A stretch of 64,000 nt of DNA from Octopus bimaculoides (Eukaryota): assembly GCF_001194135.2 (NCBI RefSeq), contig NC_068981.1, positions 167,831,959-167,895,958 of the forward strand, given 5' to 3'. Position numbers and translations under genes: made by a program. Below are positions 24,113 to 37,886 of this stretch, piece by piece. The notes under the pieces were generated by a model that was given only the letters and a program-made list of their open reading frames with translations, did no database searches and was not told the DNA's origin. The stretch's first letter is position 1. Each line of letters begins with the position of its first letter.

Positions 24113-24484
24113 TGGCACTCCGTCGGTTACGACGACGAGGGTTCCAGTTGATCCGATCAACGGAACAGCCTGCTCGTGAAATTAACGTGCAAGTGGCTGA
24201 GCACTCCACAGACACGTGTACTCATAACGTAGTTCACGGGGAGATTCAGCGTGACACAGAGTGTGACAAGGCTGGCCTTTTGAAATACAGGTACAACAGA
24301 AATAGGAAGAAAGAATGAGAGAAAGAGTACAGAAGGGTTCGCCACCACCCTCTACCGGATCCTCGTGGAACTTTAGGTGTTTTCGCTCAACAAACACTCA
24401 CAACGCCCGGTCTGGGAATCGAAACCGCGATCTCACAACCGCAAGTCCGCTGCCTTAACTGCTGGGCTATTGCGCCTCCGCACA
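24113..24484 (-). mobile_element. SINE family A, full length
   Basis: The minus strand starts GGAGGCGCAATAGCCCAGCAGTTAAGGCAGCGGAC...GGTTTCGATTCCCAGACC (tRNA head) and ends ...ACCGACGGAGTGCCA. It is strongly similar to 37887-38270 and 51627-51870. Confidence 0.9.
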
Positions 24485-27187
24485 AAATATATATACATTA
24501 TTTGAGTATTACTTCTTTCGAAGCAATCGGAAATGGTTAGGCCAGCTGTGCATGTTGACTGCGTCTAGTTAATCTTCTCCCTAAGTTGTAGTTTATTCAA
24601 ATACAGTCTGATGCATATGTAGTTTATGAGATTCTACAACTGTAATAGTTGGTGTATCTGAAATAACGAATGAGCGTGACGTTGCATTCAGGCAAACTCA
24701 TATATCTTTATGGAAAAGCAATAGATAACAAAACTACACTCGGATCAAACTCCCGTAATACCAATGAGATTTTGGTGCTTTTGTTATACAAATATTATTT
24801 ATATTAAGAAATAACGTGGTTTGATCACTTATGCAATATGCATGACAAAACGCGTGATGAAATTGGTTCACTTCACTTTCTGATTTAAGGCACTTCACTT
24901 TAACTGTGTTGTAAATGGAATTTAGAAAGATATAAATGATATGAAAGCACATTCTCTCTCTCCCCTACAAATTGTTAACATTGTGCCTTGATAAGAAAAA
25001 AATCAATAGCCAAATGTGGTTGGGAGTAGAGCAGCACTAGAAATGGGATAGCATTTATTTTCCAGCCTCTACATACCGTGTTCATATATTGCTCTTGTCG
25101 ACTTCCCTATTTATTGTTCTGTACTCGATAAAACAGAGTCACACATGTACTAGAGACGATATAATAGACTATACACTTTCGTGAAATGTGTGACCTTGCA
25201 TCTATTTTGGAATTTTTTGTCATTTTCATCGTCATATGCTTTGATTATACCAACATTCTTCGCAATGTCTTTTAATTTCTCTCGACACCTTTCCATTACA
25301 AAACTTAGGTCTCAAGAAATTATTTTATTTTACATCATTATATGAAAACTACGAGTAAATATATATGCATTAATAGTTACACATGTTCACATTCACCAAA
25401 TGCACAGACACAGGGTCTCGCAAATACAACAACCATGCCGCACAATTCACTAGGTTTTTGCATGTATATGCACACAGAATCCCGAAATGCTGAAAGAAAA
25501 ACCTTCTGTCATGATTTTCTCTTATAATTCTCCATCAAACATTGGTCTATTTTGCAATATCCAAGTCGAGTGAGCGATACACACCTGAAAATTGGAGGCA
25601 AACATTCCTCAGATTACACTCTACAGCCTTAAAAAATGGAAGGAAACATTGGGTAATAAAGTCATATATACCTGTAATAAGACTTAATAATCTCGGCTGG
25701 AATGGCTTTTATCATAAGTTACTCAGTCAAAAACAACCTGGAGTAAACAGCTACAACAGCCATATCTGAGAAAAGTGACTAAGAGTTCATCCGCCTTATA
25801 ATTCACCTTCTGTATCAAATCCATGATCTCAGTTCAACCTCCATTTACTTGTGCAAAATCCATATCCTTTATTCTTTTCTAACACAAATTTCTCATCCTC
25901 TGTCTCTGATCTGTATCTCTTGTCCCGGTTTACACTTTATTTCTAGTATCCAGTATTCATAAAGATTGTGTCTGCGCATGCGAGGAATACATCCTCTCCT
26001 CTACTTTCTCTAAACTAGACGTTTACAATAATTGCTTTTCGTAGTAATTTCGCATGCAACTCTTTCTCATTTCTTTATGATCATCAGTTCTGTCTATACT
26101 GAACTCGAATTCTGACCATCCGTTAACAGGTAATCGACCGTATTCGTCCTCTATTAAATTAAGAAACACAAAACAAGGAGGAAACTCACCTCACGTTTCG
26201 CTGTATGCTTTCTTCACAGTGACTTCAATACACACAACTCCTTTAGATTTCCCACGGACACTGATGTCTGTGAGGCCGAATTATTTATATTTTTCTCTCT
26301 GCACCATTTAATCCACTTATATTTTAGAATCACTAACAGATTCACCAAACTGTCTTGGTTTTCTTTTTTTTTTTTTCTAAACCGACCTGTTATCACATTC
26401 TCTGCCCTCGTACAGTCGTCCAACCATTGTTTAATCAAGGCGTACTGCAGCAAATATAACCTCCATGCAACATTCTTTGACCACCTTCTCTCTAGTATCT
26501 TAAATCAGCTAAGACAAGAAGCCACATCACCTCACAGGAAGAAAAAAAATGTCAAAAGTTTCAAAAACTTCTCCGGTCGCATCAGCCCGACGTCGAGAGA
26601 GAAAAGTTAAAGTCTTTGGTTCCTGTCCTCATCAAACACTTCAACCTTTCTCCTCTCGATGGCGATCTACAACATCCTACCGAAATTTCCAAGTGTGTCC
26701 CATTTCTAAAGAACGTCATCTTCTTTAGATCCTACCCATTATCAAACAAACGTTCTTTAACATCTGAAAAGCTAAAGAAACAGTGATATACTGATATACG
26801 ATTAATTCTTTATTTCATTCATTCTTTTTGTCTCCCCAATAATAAAAGTATGGTCTCTTACGTTCATATCTAACATAGGCCTAATTTCATCGCCATCTTT
26901 GAGTTGTGTCCCTGCCTTGACAACTTCTGTTAAAGCGTTGTTAGTTTCTGGTGTCATCAATAAAATTTACGACATTATTTGGATTGAAAATACCAGAGCA
27001 AGATTATCCTCCTGCAGTTTCCATTCAGCTTTGATATGCTGGAACGGAATTTTTCTGTCAGACCACTTCCTCTCCAAAAAGCATTCTATTAACTCTGGAA
27101 TACTTCGAGGGTCGATTATATCTCCAAACCTTTATTTTTTTAGTAACTTGCTTGAAATCGGAAAAACCTAAAATAAATCCCGAATAG

Positions 27188-27420
27188 ACCTACATACAAA
27201 CAAACAAAACAAACAAACAAACAAACAAACAAACAAACAGACATACATACATACATACATACATATATACATACATACATACANNNNNNNNNNCATACAT
27301 ACATACATACATACATACATACACACATACGTACGTACGTACATACATACATACATACATACATACATACATACATACATACATACATACATGCATATAC
27401 ACACATACATACATACATAT
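27188..27420. repeat. (CAAA)n/(CATA)n microsatellite
   Basis: Read directly from the sequence. Confidence 0.95.
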
Positions 27421-28148
27421 TCTCTTTTTCCACAACACTCAATACACGCTAATTGCATAGACGTATGTTTAGCTTATGTCCATTTGGCAATGTGTTAGAA
27501 ACCCAAAACGAAAAGAAGAAAAAGTGAGAATTGAATGACAAGGTGGAAAAGCTGGAGTGTGGAGTGGCAGACAGAATCATTTTTCAACAGAGATTTCTGT
27601 TAGATGCCAATTATAAGACGTAAGACTAGTTTACAATGTGTAAGACAGAAAAACAGAAATATCTCTCTCTATATACATAGATCGATAGATAGAATAAAAA
27701 GCATCTTTTATCTGAAGCGATGGGAAGCTTAATTGCCTCACTAACTTTGGCAATCATCCTTTATCTCATATGGAGTGAAGTTAAAAAAAGAAGAAGAAAA
27801 CTAACTAAACAATAAACAAAAATAAGAAAAATAAGGGGGCATCAATGTTTAACTTAAGTTGCAAACATCAAACTTCATTCAAGGGAAGTCAATCTTTATC
27901 TGTGATAGAAACAGGGAAAAAAGAAAACGAGATTTAAATAATAAACAGTAGAAAACTGAATAGGTCAAACGTGTCAAACCAGTATCACGTTTACCCAAAC
28001 ATTGACCTCAGGTTTCGCACTAAAATTTAAATGGCGATAGCTGATTAAATATATCCCGTATATAGATTGGTTAGCGCTGAGAGTATCACGTTGGAAATTG
28101 ACCAGAAAGCGCATAGACAGATGCATTCACACAAACGCGCATACACGT

Positions 28149-28189
<41 letters not shown>

Positions 28190-28258
28190 TGTATGTATGT
28201 GTATATATAAGTGCACATATACATACATACATACATACATACGTACATACATACATAC

Positions 28259-28473
28259 GTTGTTGGCACTCCGTCGCTTACGACGTCGAGGGTTCCAGTT
28301 GATCCGATCAACGGAACAGCCTGCTCGTGAAATTAACGTGCAAGTGGCTGAGCACTCCACAGACACGTGTACCCTTAACGTAGTTCTCGGGGCTATTCAG
28401 CGTTGACCCTTTGAATTACAGGCACAAGAGAAACAGGACGTAAGAGAGAGAGAAAGTTGTGGTGAAAGAGTAC
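28259..28473 (-). mobile_element. SINE family A, 3' half only
   Basis: Near-identical to 24113-24330. The tRNA head is missing and is replaced by an unrelated purine-rich sequence. Confidence 0.85.
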
Positions 28474-29189
28474 ATATATGCGAATATGGGTACAGGACGT
28501 CACCAACTGTGAACAACATGATGTACGAAAACAAGAGAGTTAAATACGCAAACAACGAGAGAGAGAAAATTGAAAACAGGACAAGTAAAACAAAGAACGA
28601 CTTTTCATGAGTTGTCGGCTGTCTATCCCCTCCTCATTTCGAACATTCAACGACAATATGAGTCTTCGAAGACAGTTGCTCCCATAACTTCCTAGATAAA
28701 TTTTGGATTTTATGGAGGGTCAAAGTTGGGAACAAAAACAGGACAGTGGAGACATAGAAGGAAACCGAACGAAAACAAACATGGAGGGTCGTTAGACCAG
28801 AACGAGGGGGAAAATAGTGAACACTGGAAGAAATATTTTCTTTGAAAAGAGAAAAAATAGAAGACGTCCAGTACTTAGAACGTCATGTAGGAAAAGAAAG
28901 GTGGTCACGTGAGGAACGCGAGAAAGAAAAGGAGAAAAAAGAAAAGAGAGAGACAGACAGAAAGATAGATAGAAAATGGTGTAGGGGAGAAAAAGGGAAT
29001 TAGAGAAGGATGGGAGAGAAATATATACACACACATGCATACGCACACTCGCACACAAGTAGAGAAAGAAAAACAGAGAAGTGTTAGCAGGTCTTTTTGT
29101 TTGTATAACAGCTTTTCACTTTCTTACACATACATGCACGCCCCCCCCCCGCCACAAGTATGTATATTTTCATTTAGCTTATTCAAAAT

Positions 29190-29645
29190 TATTTTTCTTG
29201 TCAATAGAGAAAGAGCCATTTTGTAACCTACACCCAAACCACTTTCATTATAAAGAGCCCTAGATGTATGTATGTATGTATGTGACCAATGTTTGGAGTC
29301 AGTACAAGAGCAGTTCTGTATGTTTTGTTTCATATATGTGTACTTATACATATAGTCATATGTCTAGACATAAACATATGTTAAACTTTTGAAAAGTTTC
29401 ACAAATTTCGACCGTTCCATTGATGACTTGTATGTGTGGTCTTCTAATTAGCTTTCTTCTTTTTGGTTTTGAGAACCCTAATTTCTCAAGATTTATGCTG
29501 AGGCAATTTGTTACATATCTCTGTGCTCCAATAATTACGGGTAAAAATCTGAACTTGTATACCGGGTGCAGTAGCTGCAAATTTTTCAATATCTCAGCGT
29601 ACTTGTTTTCTTCTACGCTAATTTTTACCTTTATATTGACGTCTT
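29190..29645 (-). mobile_element. R4-like RLE LINE 3' end (same family as 18.5-19.5 kb)
   Basis: The minus strand reads DVNIKVKISVEENKYAEILKNLQLLHPVYKFRFLPVIIGAQRYVTNCLSINLEKLGFSKPKRRKLIRRPHIQVINGTVEICETF. The 3' UTR shares TGTCAATAGA.AAGAGCCA and a degenerate (CATA)n tract sits at its 5' junction. Confidence 0.75.
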
Positions 29646-30217
29646 ATGTATATATATATGTATGCATGTTTGTGTGTATGGGTACATGTATGTATGTTTG
29701 TATGTTTGTATGCAAGTATGTTTGCATGTAGGATCGATTTTACATGTAGATGCCGTTCCTTTTAAATATGTTTATATATGATTATATGGAACTTACTCTA
29801 AGCCTAATTCTTACAACCACCACCACCATTACCACTACTATACCTATTGAGCCCTCCGACAGTTGCTTTGCACAAAAGGTATCTTGCAGTGAAATTTCCG
29901 ATGTATTTATTTCTATAATCAACAAATTACATACACACGCACGCACGCACGCACGCACGCACGCACACACATACACCACACATACTCACAAACGCACTCA
30001 CACGCATACAAATAATGTATAACAATATATGTGTGTATATCTATATATCTATCTATCTACCTCTGTGTGTGTATGCGTGTGCGTACGTGTGTGTATAAGA
30101 ATACAGAACAAATAAGAGAAGTGATGTGAGAGAGTAGATGTTTATTCCATACGTTTAATGCTGTTTCATAATCTTCTTAGTTATATAATGGATGTTTCAT
30201 CGATATTAACACACAAG

Positions 30218-30266
<49 letters not shown>

Positions 30267-30633
30267 CTTAGAATTTAATAACTAGTGTGATTAATCTCCA
30301 TACTCGAACCTAGCTCTTGTAAGCCTGTTGAGCTATGTATGTGGGATGAACCTCCGAAAGTTTAAGTTATATGTAGCCGAATCAAACCTCAAACTGTTAA
30401 ATAATAATATATGTATTCCTACCAAATGTGTTGATCCTGTCTTTCGTTTGTCCACTCACTTATGTGTGTATATTTGTGCAATCCCTTTCGCCTCTATAAA
30501 AAATCATCATGCACAGGCATCGCTTGACAAAAGTAAAACTTATCAGAAAAATGGGTTATCGTAGCCTTCGCATGTGTGGGACTTTCGATCAGGTGATGGT
30601 AATATTCGAACACGAATTTACAGCCATCAAGTA

Positions 30634-31501
30634 CAGGGCGTCCCAAAAGTCACTGATGGGTTTCAATTTTTAATAACTTCCTTAACTTTACAAATAAATG
30701 CATGAAATTTTGATACAATAAAAAGAACACATTGGAAATTAATATGCACAAGTCAAATTTTGTAACACCACTACAGCACATATGAAAAAGGACATCGCTT
30801 AAATGGCAGCTATTTTCTGTTTCGCACGCCCATGCTCATTCCAGAACTTGCATTTCAGACCCCACCTCTCTGATTTCTATATTAATGTTCTCCTTCAGTT
30901 GCACCAGGGTCTCCAGTTTGTTGACGTAAACCGTCTCTTTCAGGTGTTCCCACAAGAAAAAATCCGATCTAGTCAAATCTGGGGAAGATGAAGGCTAGTT
31001 GACATTGACATAGAGGGAGATTGTTCTCTCTCCAAAGCTCTGCCGTAGCAACTGCATTGTTTCTCTTGCGGTATGAGAAGTTGTTCTACCTTACTGGAAC
31101 CATGTGTGAGGTCTACTTTGCATGACCTTCACGTTCTCCAGACTTGACTAGCCCAGATTTTTCTTGTGGTGATACCTAAAAGAGAGAGTTTACGTCAACA
31201 AACCGGATACCCTAATGCAACTGAAGGAAAATATCAATAGAGAAATCAGAGAAGTGAGGTCTGAAACTCTTGAGGGTGTTATGTTGCAAGTTTTGGGAAG
31301 AGCACGGGCGTGCGAAGCCGAAAATGGCTGCCATTTAAGCGAATTCATATTTTCATTTGTGATGTAGTAGTGTTGAAAAATCTGACTTAAGCATATTAAT
31401 TTCCAATATGTCCTTTATATTGTAACATAATTTCCTGCATCTGTTCGTAAAGTTAAGGAAGTTATTAAAAATTGAAAGCCATCAGTGACTTTTGGGAAAC
31501 G

Positions 31502-31504
<3 letters not shown>
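30634..31504. mobile_element. Palindromic mariner (rosa/DD41D-like) element made of two inverted 3' ends
   Basis: TA-flanked ~58-bp TIRs read CAGGGCGTCCCAAAAGTCACTGATGG...AACTTTAC. Each arm encodes the transposase C-terminus pointing outward: + strand PSRSPDLTSPDFFLW.YLKERVYVNKPDTLMQLKENI...ARACEAENGCHL; - strand WFQ*GRTTSHTARETMQLLRQSFGERTIS...PSSSPDLTRSDFFLWEHLKETVYVNK. Confidence 0.9.
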
Positions 31505-31539
<35 letters not shown>

Positions 31540-31565
31540 NNNNNNNNNNNNNNNNNNNNNNNNNN

Positions 31566-31626
<61 letters not shown>

Positions 31627-32407
31627 CGAGTAGACAAACGAAAGAGGGAGCGACAGATAAACCGACAGATAAGAAGGCTAGGAACAGACAGACAGACAGA
31701 CAGAAACATAGAGAGGTTAATTAGCTGAAAGAAGGCAAATTCAATTTTTGCGGTCAATTTGTTTCAGAAGCCTTTTATTTTTGTTCCCTTTGTAAAAACA
31801 CAGAACAAAAACTGGCAAAACAGATGTTCGAATATTCTAATTAACCTTAATTCTTGAATTATAACAAAACAAAAGACTGAAAGAGAGAAAATATATAATT
31901 TTTTCCCCTTTCTTATTTTTATCTACTAATCAAGACAATCAAACGAGTTCAGTATTGATTTAATCATCTCGCTTGTCCCTTACACAACTGTCGAAAAAAC
32001 TTTATTTCTTTGTTATATGAACATAGATCTTATGAAGAAACTATATACAGAAAATAAATATAAGCGTTATATTGCCTATGGTGTTTCAATTGTGTATAGT
32101 AGTGCATAGATTAAGTTTGTTATGTGAGACAATTAAAATTGGCTTCAGTTGGTAATTAATAATTCTTTTATTGTTAGTTGTGTTGTTTAACCTCAGGTCA
32201 GCCTCAGCCAGTAAGCCGATGATCAACATGCACGTAACCGTGTCCCTCCAGTCGTTTCTTCTTTTTCTTACATTTTATCTAGGATCGCCTTTAACTAACG
32301 TATACGTTTTGTTTTCTAAGACAATAGATAGGGATTTGAGCTAAAATTAATTACAATTTCTAGCAGGTTGAGTGGCCAAATAAAAGCTCTCTTGTTAGCT
32401 AGTACTA

Positions 32408-32568
32408 CCGTATTTGATGGTATAAATGGCACAGGCATACTCAGGGAAAAGGAGAGCACCGGGGGCAAATTAGCCTTTGGGAAGTTCAAATTTGCATATA
32501 CGACACGAGGTGATTTTTTTAAACATGTTTTCGAGGAAAAAAAGTGTCTTATATGCCATAAAATACGG
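32408..32568. mobile_element. pogo/Tc2-type MITE
   Basis: TA|CCGTATTTGATGGTATAAATGGCAC ... GTGTCTTATATGCCATAAAATACGG|TA, giving ~25-bp imperfect TIRs and a TA target duplication. Confidence 0.75.
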
Positions 32569-33132
32569 TAATTACTGATGTTAGTGTCACATGTTAAGCT
32601 ATCCTTGGTTAAGCAGATCTATGATCAAGAATCATTGTTTTTACATATAGTGTATTACGGATCACATTATCTCTCGAATCCTTCCTTTTTGACGAAGGTG
32701 CCGCGTAATGAGACTGAACCCAAAACCATGGGGTTGGCAATTAAGTTTCTTAACCACACAAATATTGCATGCATTATGTGATATGCAATGAATAAGTATA
32801 CTGGCCACAGTACTTAGAACATTCTGGAAATGATAAAACCAGCATGTGTGTCTGCTGATATTTTTTTGGCGAGGGCAATAATTTGGCAGAAACATTAGAT
32901 CACTGGAATAAATGCTATTTTTTTCCCTCGTATCTGATGTCATCCTGCTTCGAATGTTAATTCAAATTTTGCTCATGTTCACGCTGCATTCACCTTTTGG
33001 GTTTAAATAACGAGTGCAAATAAAATAGAATTGATTTCGGCGGCAATATATCTCACCAAAAAAACTAGTTATGTATCTATCCAAAATAATAATAGTAGCA
33101 GCAGCAGCAGTAGTAGTAGTAGTAGTAGTAGC

Positions 33133-33166
<34 letters not shown>

Positions 33167-35034
33167 ATATATCGATACCATTTTCTTGGCTTTTGCCAAG
33201 AGTACTGATGCGCTTTTCCTGGGCCGAATACACAAATCAGTTTTGGTTCCTGGATGTAGCTATTTCACTTACGTCATTCTCTTGGAGAAGACTTGAACAT
33301 TATAGCTTCTCATATTTCTGTTCTAAGAGATTGAAAAACACACGCATATGTAAGAAATCAGTGCTAATTGGCAAGGTTAAGTGGTATGCAACATTGCAAT
33401 GCCCTTGTCTGGATAACCTTGATACGTAATCTATTTTCACATACCCTCATCTTAAAGTCGAAATTCTAATGTAAGAAACAATGTTATATGCATCATAGAG
33501 CTGGTTATAAGTTTAAATATACGAAATTCTGTGTGATATTTCAGGTGATATTTTCAGGTGATTTAGTAAGGGTACATTGAAGACTTCGTATTCTTTTAAT
33601 ATATCTAGAGTAAATCAGCTTGGTGTAGTCTGCATCCCTCCAAGCTGTGCTCACAGCACTATATGCTAATGAAAGATTTGTGATTGTTAGAGTGTTGCTA
33701 CTGCTTACAATGGTGAATTCTGCCACTTGTTCCCGGTAATTATTAGCAGCAAAATTATTGGCGACATGGCAGAATTAAGAAACTTTGCTGCCAACGTGTA
33801 GTGTGACTGATGATACTGTACAAGTCGCCGTCCTTTGTTTGATAGTTCAGCACCCTATGTATTAGACGGGGCTGCGGCTGACAAATAAACACTTGAAATG
33901 TTTTCTGTGGGTTTCTAATCTTTTCTAAAAAAAAGAAAAGAAAAGACTTTTCAAATTTAATGTATTTGTGTGCCTTTATCTGTTGATGGCTCTTAGATGG
34001 ATATCCGGGTCACGATTTGTTAAATTTTTGCTTACATAATCATTGCTAATGTTGCAAATGGGCAGATACGCGGGGATATCATCATATGATATAATATAGG
34101 TGTGAAGTTATGATTAAATATTAAAACAAACAAAAGAAATTGATGATTCTTGCGTTAGAACATTTGTTATTCTCATAATGATACTCCAGATGCGATAAAG
34201 TTTTCGCATTTCATATTATTACAGGAATGGCAATTGATAAATATAATTGTTTAATTCGGCATCTCTTGAAGTTTTAAGTCTCGTTTTAGAAGTTGCCACT
34301 TTGCTTCTGAATGAATACAATTAATTGGATAAATTCAGTGGAGCGTCAAGAATCAAATTAAAACTTTGCACCTCATCAAGAGACCGAATCTCTCATTAGA
34401 AACTTGTTAAGTTTCAAATAGTGTAAAATGATATCACCTTGTAAAATTAATTAAGCAGCTTGTATTGGTTGAGTTCCTTTACAGTTTGGAAACATTGTGA
34501 AATAAAAATGTATCTCATATGTCTTTTCCTTGATGTTTAAATCAGAATATTACGGAATACTTTGGATTTTTAAATTGTTTAAATCTATCTATTATTGGGA
34601 ATCGATTAAATTTTTTCATTTATTATTTTTATTCGTATTATTGTTTCAATCATTTAACTATGACCATGCAGACACGCCGACTTAAATGGTTTAGGCGATC
34701 AAATCGACTCCTTTACTTATTTTAAGTCTTGAACTTATTCTGCACACGTTTTCTGTTTTTGTTTGTAGGTATTTCAATTCTCAGTAGTCGCTTACATCAC
34801 TGTTAAAAACATGAATGCCTCTCCGTTTCATTTTTTTCCATATGTTGAACGCTAATGGAGTTTAGACTTGTAAATAATCAATATTTATCTAAGTACAAAT
34901 GTACGTGTATAACTAGTGTTACATATGAAGCTTGGTTTTTAAATATATATGCACGAAGTTATAATCCGCGTTGCTGAACTATGATTGTACATACTCAAGT
35001 CCTGAACTATACCTCATATTACAGGACTGATATA

Positions 35035-35260
35035 TACCTGATAGCATTTAAGCCGGCCATATCTGGCCCCAAAATCCCACCTGATTTACTTCTAAATTGG
35101 CCAGATCCGGCCTCTCACACCTACCGTACAATGTCGTTCTAAAAATAACCAATCACATCATCGAAATCTTGAAACAACGAGGTGATAAATATTTAATTCA
35201 AAACAATGTGAATAAATAAAAATTACACCTGAAAAAGTAATTTGAATGTTAAAGGATTAA
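35035..35260. mobile_element. piggyBac-like MITE (degenerate)
   Basis: The right end GAATGTTAAAGGA-TTAA is roughly the inverse of the left CCTGATAGCATT and ends in TTAA. The left TSD has decayed. Confidence 0.4.
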
Positions 35261-35664
35261 GGTCTATTTGAATATATGTACCTTATGCGCTATTCTATAC
35301 TTATTATACAAATAGATGTACAGATTTACGTTAGATTTACACTCGATGTTACCCCTCCATGTAATTTGTCAGAAATTAATGACTAATGAGATTTTAGCCC
35401 GAAAACCTTCCTTGGCCAATGCATTATTTCGTAGAAATTTCAGTTCATTTTCTAACCATTGGATTTCTAGCAGAGCTAAATCGAAGGCATTCCTGCCGTG
35501 ACGAGACATCCGTTTGTGTCACTATCTTTTTAAGATTATAGGATATGACTCATAATCAAAGAAACATTTGGTTACTATTTCCGTTAGGGTTTATAGTAAA
35601 GTTTCCATCATACGTCATATGATCGACAGACTTAGATCTGCACCCTTTGTGAAAATAGTTACAT

Positions 35665-35830
35665 AGGCGTTAATAGGGGTTTGTGGTTAAGAAGTTCCAG
35701 TCGCAACCTCACAACATATTTTCGGATTCGACCTCATTGCCTGGTCTCTTGGTCAATTGTCTTCTACTATAGTCTTGAGTTGATCAGTGTCTTGAAAGTA
35801 AATGTCATATGAAAATTATACATACGTACG
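35665..35830 (+). mobile_element. SINE family C (tRNA head + CORE-like), degenerate
   Basis: GTGGTTAAGAAG...GGATTCGACC...TTGGTCAATTGTCTTCTACTATAG, followed by a (TATG)-like tract. Confidence 0.55.
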
Positions 35831-36270
35831 TAGGTACGTATTGTATATATGTATGCATACATGTATGAATATATGTATGCATATGTGTAACTATCACAAA
35901 GCATTCTTTCCGACACCCTACTAATTCTACTAATCTATGTCTCTTCTCAGCAAATATTAACAAACAACAATTTAAGAATCCAAATTTAGTAAATCAACTA
36001 ACAAATTTACGATTTCCGATCCAGAGAAAACTCCACAGTTTTCCCTGGGTCCCGGACAAAATCGCAAGGAAAATTCAACTAAATGGCAAAACATTCACTC
36101 AGATTCTGTCCGATCTTTGTCACTCGTAATATTGATATTATGGAAGATATTGTTTTTACAGCAGCTCATACGTAATGTAGTTATCACAAAAGTTTTACGT
36201 CTTAACAATTTGGCAAAGGATCGGATAAAAAGGAGAGGAAAAACAAAAGCACGAGACAATAGGTGTGTGT

Positions 36271-36351
<81 letters not shown>

Positions 36352-37328
36352 TGTGATGTCTAGTAGCATAGACTTAGAAATATAGTAGAAAATTGAATCA
36401 ACAATAACTCATTGTGTACATTTGATTGGAAACCCTAAATTAATTTTTCCTTAACTGTCGGCGAAGTGGGTGGTTAAAAAATTTGCAAAGATAAGGAAAG
36501 CCGAGTTGTTGCCAAAGATTATATTAATCAAGGCACCAAAAGAACAAACATCTGACGTATCTATTAGTTATATTATTATTATTATTATTATTATTATCAT
36601 CATCATCATCATCATCATCATTATTATTATTATTATTGCCTTAGTTTTCGTTTTATATTTTTTTCTTCCTCACTCTCTTCAATTAATTCCTTTTACCGCA
36701 GATCTTTGAGTCTTTTCAGGTTGCTTCCTTGTGCTTTTCCACTATATTTTCTTTTCATATAAAACGAAAAATTACGATTTTATTTTTCCTTACTACTCAA
36801 TCTGTTTTTAATAGTCATTTATAAAATGTTATCTTTTATATTTAATACATTTTTTTCTTTTTCTTTCAAAGCGTTCTGTTTTTATGCATCGCACCGTAAT
36901 TTTCTTTTTCGATTTTCTTTCTATCCTCTCTTTTCAATTATACTTTTCATTTTTCGTCTCTTTCTTCCTTTTTCTTTTCACTTACCCTTTTCCTTCCCTC
37001 CTTCACCCCTTTAATTTTTATATTTCAATTGACTCCTCTCATTTCTTATTTGTTCTGTATTTTTTTCAGTCTCTCCTCAGAAACTGAAATAAAATAAAAA
37101 TTTTTATGAATTTCTGTCTCTCTTTTTTTAGAAAACTTTTTCCTCATTCTCTCAGTCTTTCTTCAAAACCTATCTTCATTACACATTTTTTCTGTTCTTC
37201 CTTCCATTTTATACTAACTTACTTCAATATTTATTATTAACTGTGTTGGGGACTTTTTAGTTTCTTTTTCTATACCTGTTTTTCGAAGCTATATTACGTT
37301 AACAATTCACCAGAGCAATGGTGAGAAG

Positions 37329-37372
<44 letters not shown>

Positions 37373-37529
37373 AACAGTAAATCTTCAAACCAAATTATTC
37401 ACAATGCGTAGTTACCCACTTGAGTTTTGATTTCAAGTCCCACCAAGATCAAATTTAACATGATCAACAAAAAGAAAACTATTCAAGTACTGGACATTAC
37501 ATTTATTGTCTTAAGTCCTAGGCCAATTA

Positions 37530-37748
37530 CTCGGTTTCCGTGGCGTGTAAGTGACCGTGTGCGCAACATTCACCACGAACCAGACGTCAGTCCACTGCAC
37601 GTTTATTTATTTTTAACTGAGTGGACTGGAGCAACCTGAAACGAGATCTTTTCTCAAGAGTTAACGTACCGTCCAGTCCGGTATTCGAAACTATGATCTT
37701 GCGATCGTGAGTGCAACACATTAACCACTAGGTGATGCGCCTTCACAC
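37530..37748 (-). mobile_element. SINE family E
   Basis: The reverse complement has a GAAGGCGCATCACCTAGTGGTTAATGTG...GTTTCGAATACC head followed by TTGCTCCAGTCCACTCAG. Confidence 0.65.
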
Positions 37749-37886
37749 CGAAGTACAGGGCTAGAATAAATCCTTAAAATATATTAATACAAGCCATGTG
37801 AAAACTAAAATATATGAATACATATCCATGTGAGAAATCAATGTTTAGAATTCACAACGGTCCACATCACAAGTAGTCTGTAACAT

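Noticed and set aside
25970-25982. TGCGCATGCG NRF1-like promoter motif
   Set aside because: It is a single short motif inside probable decayed retroelement sequence, with no CpG-island context.
33807-33830. Other CTGATGA strings (33807, 54811, and minus strand 13933)
   Set aside because: No correctly placed stem II-GAAA-stem III follows, so these are not hammerheads.
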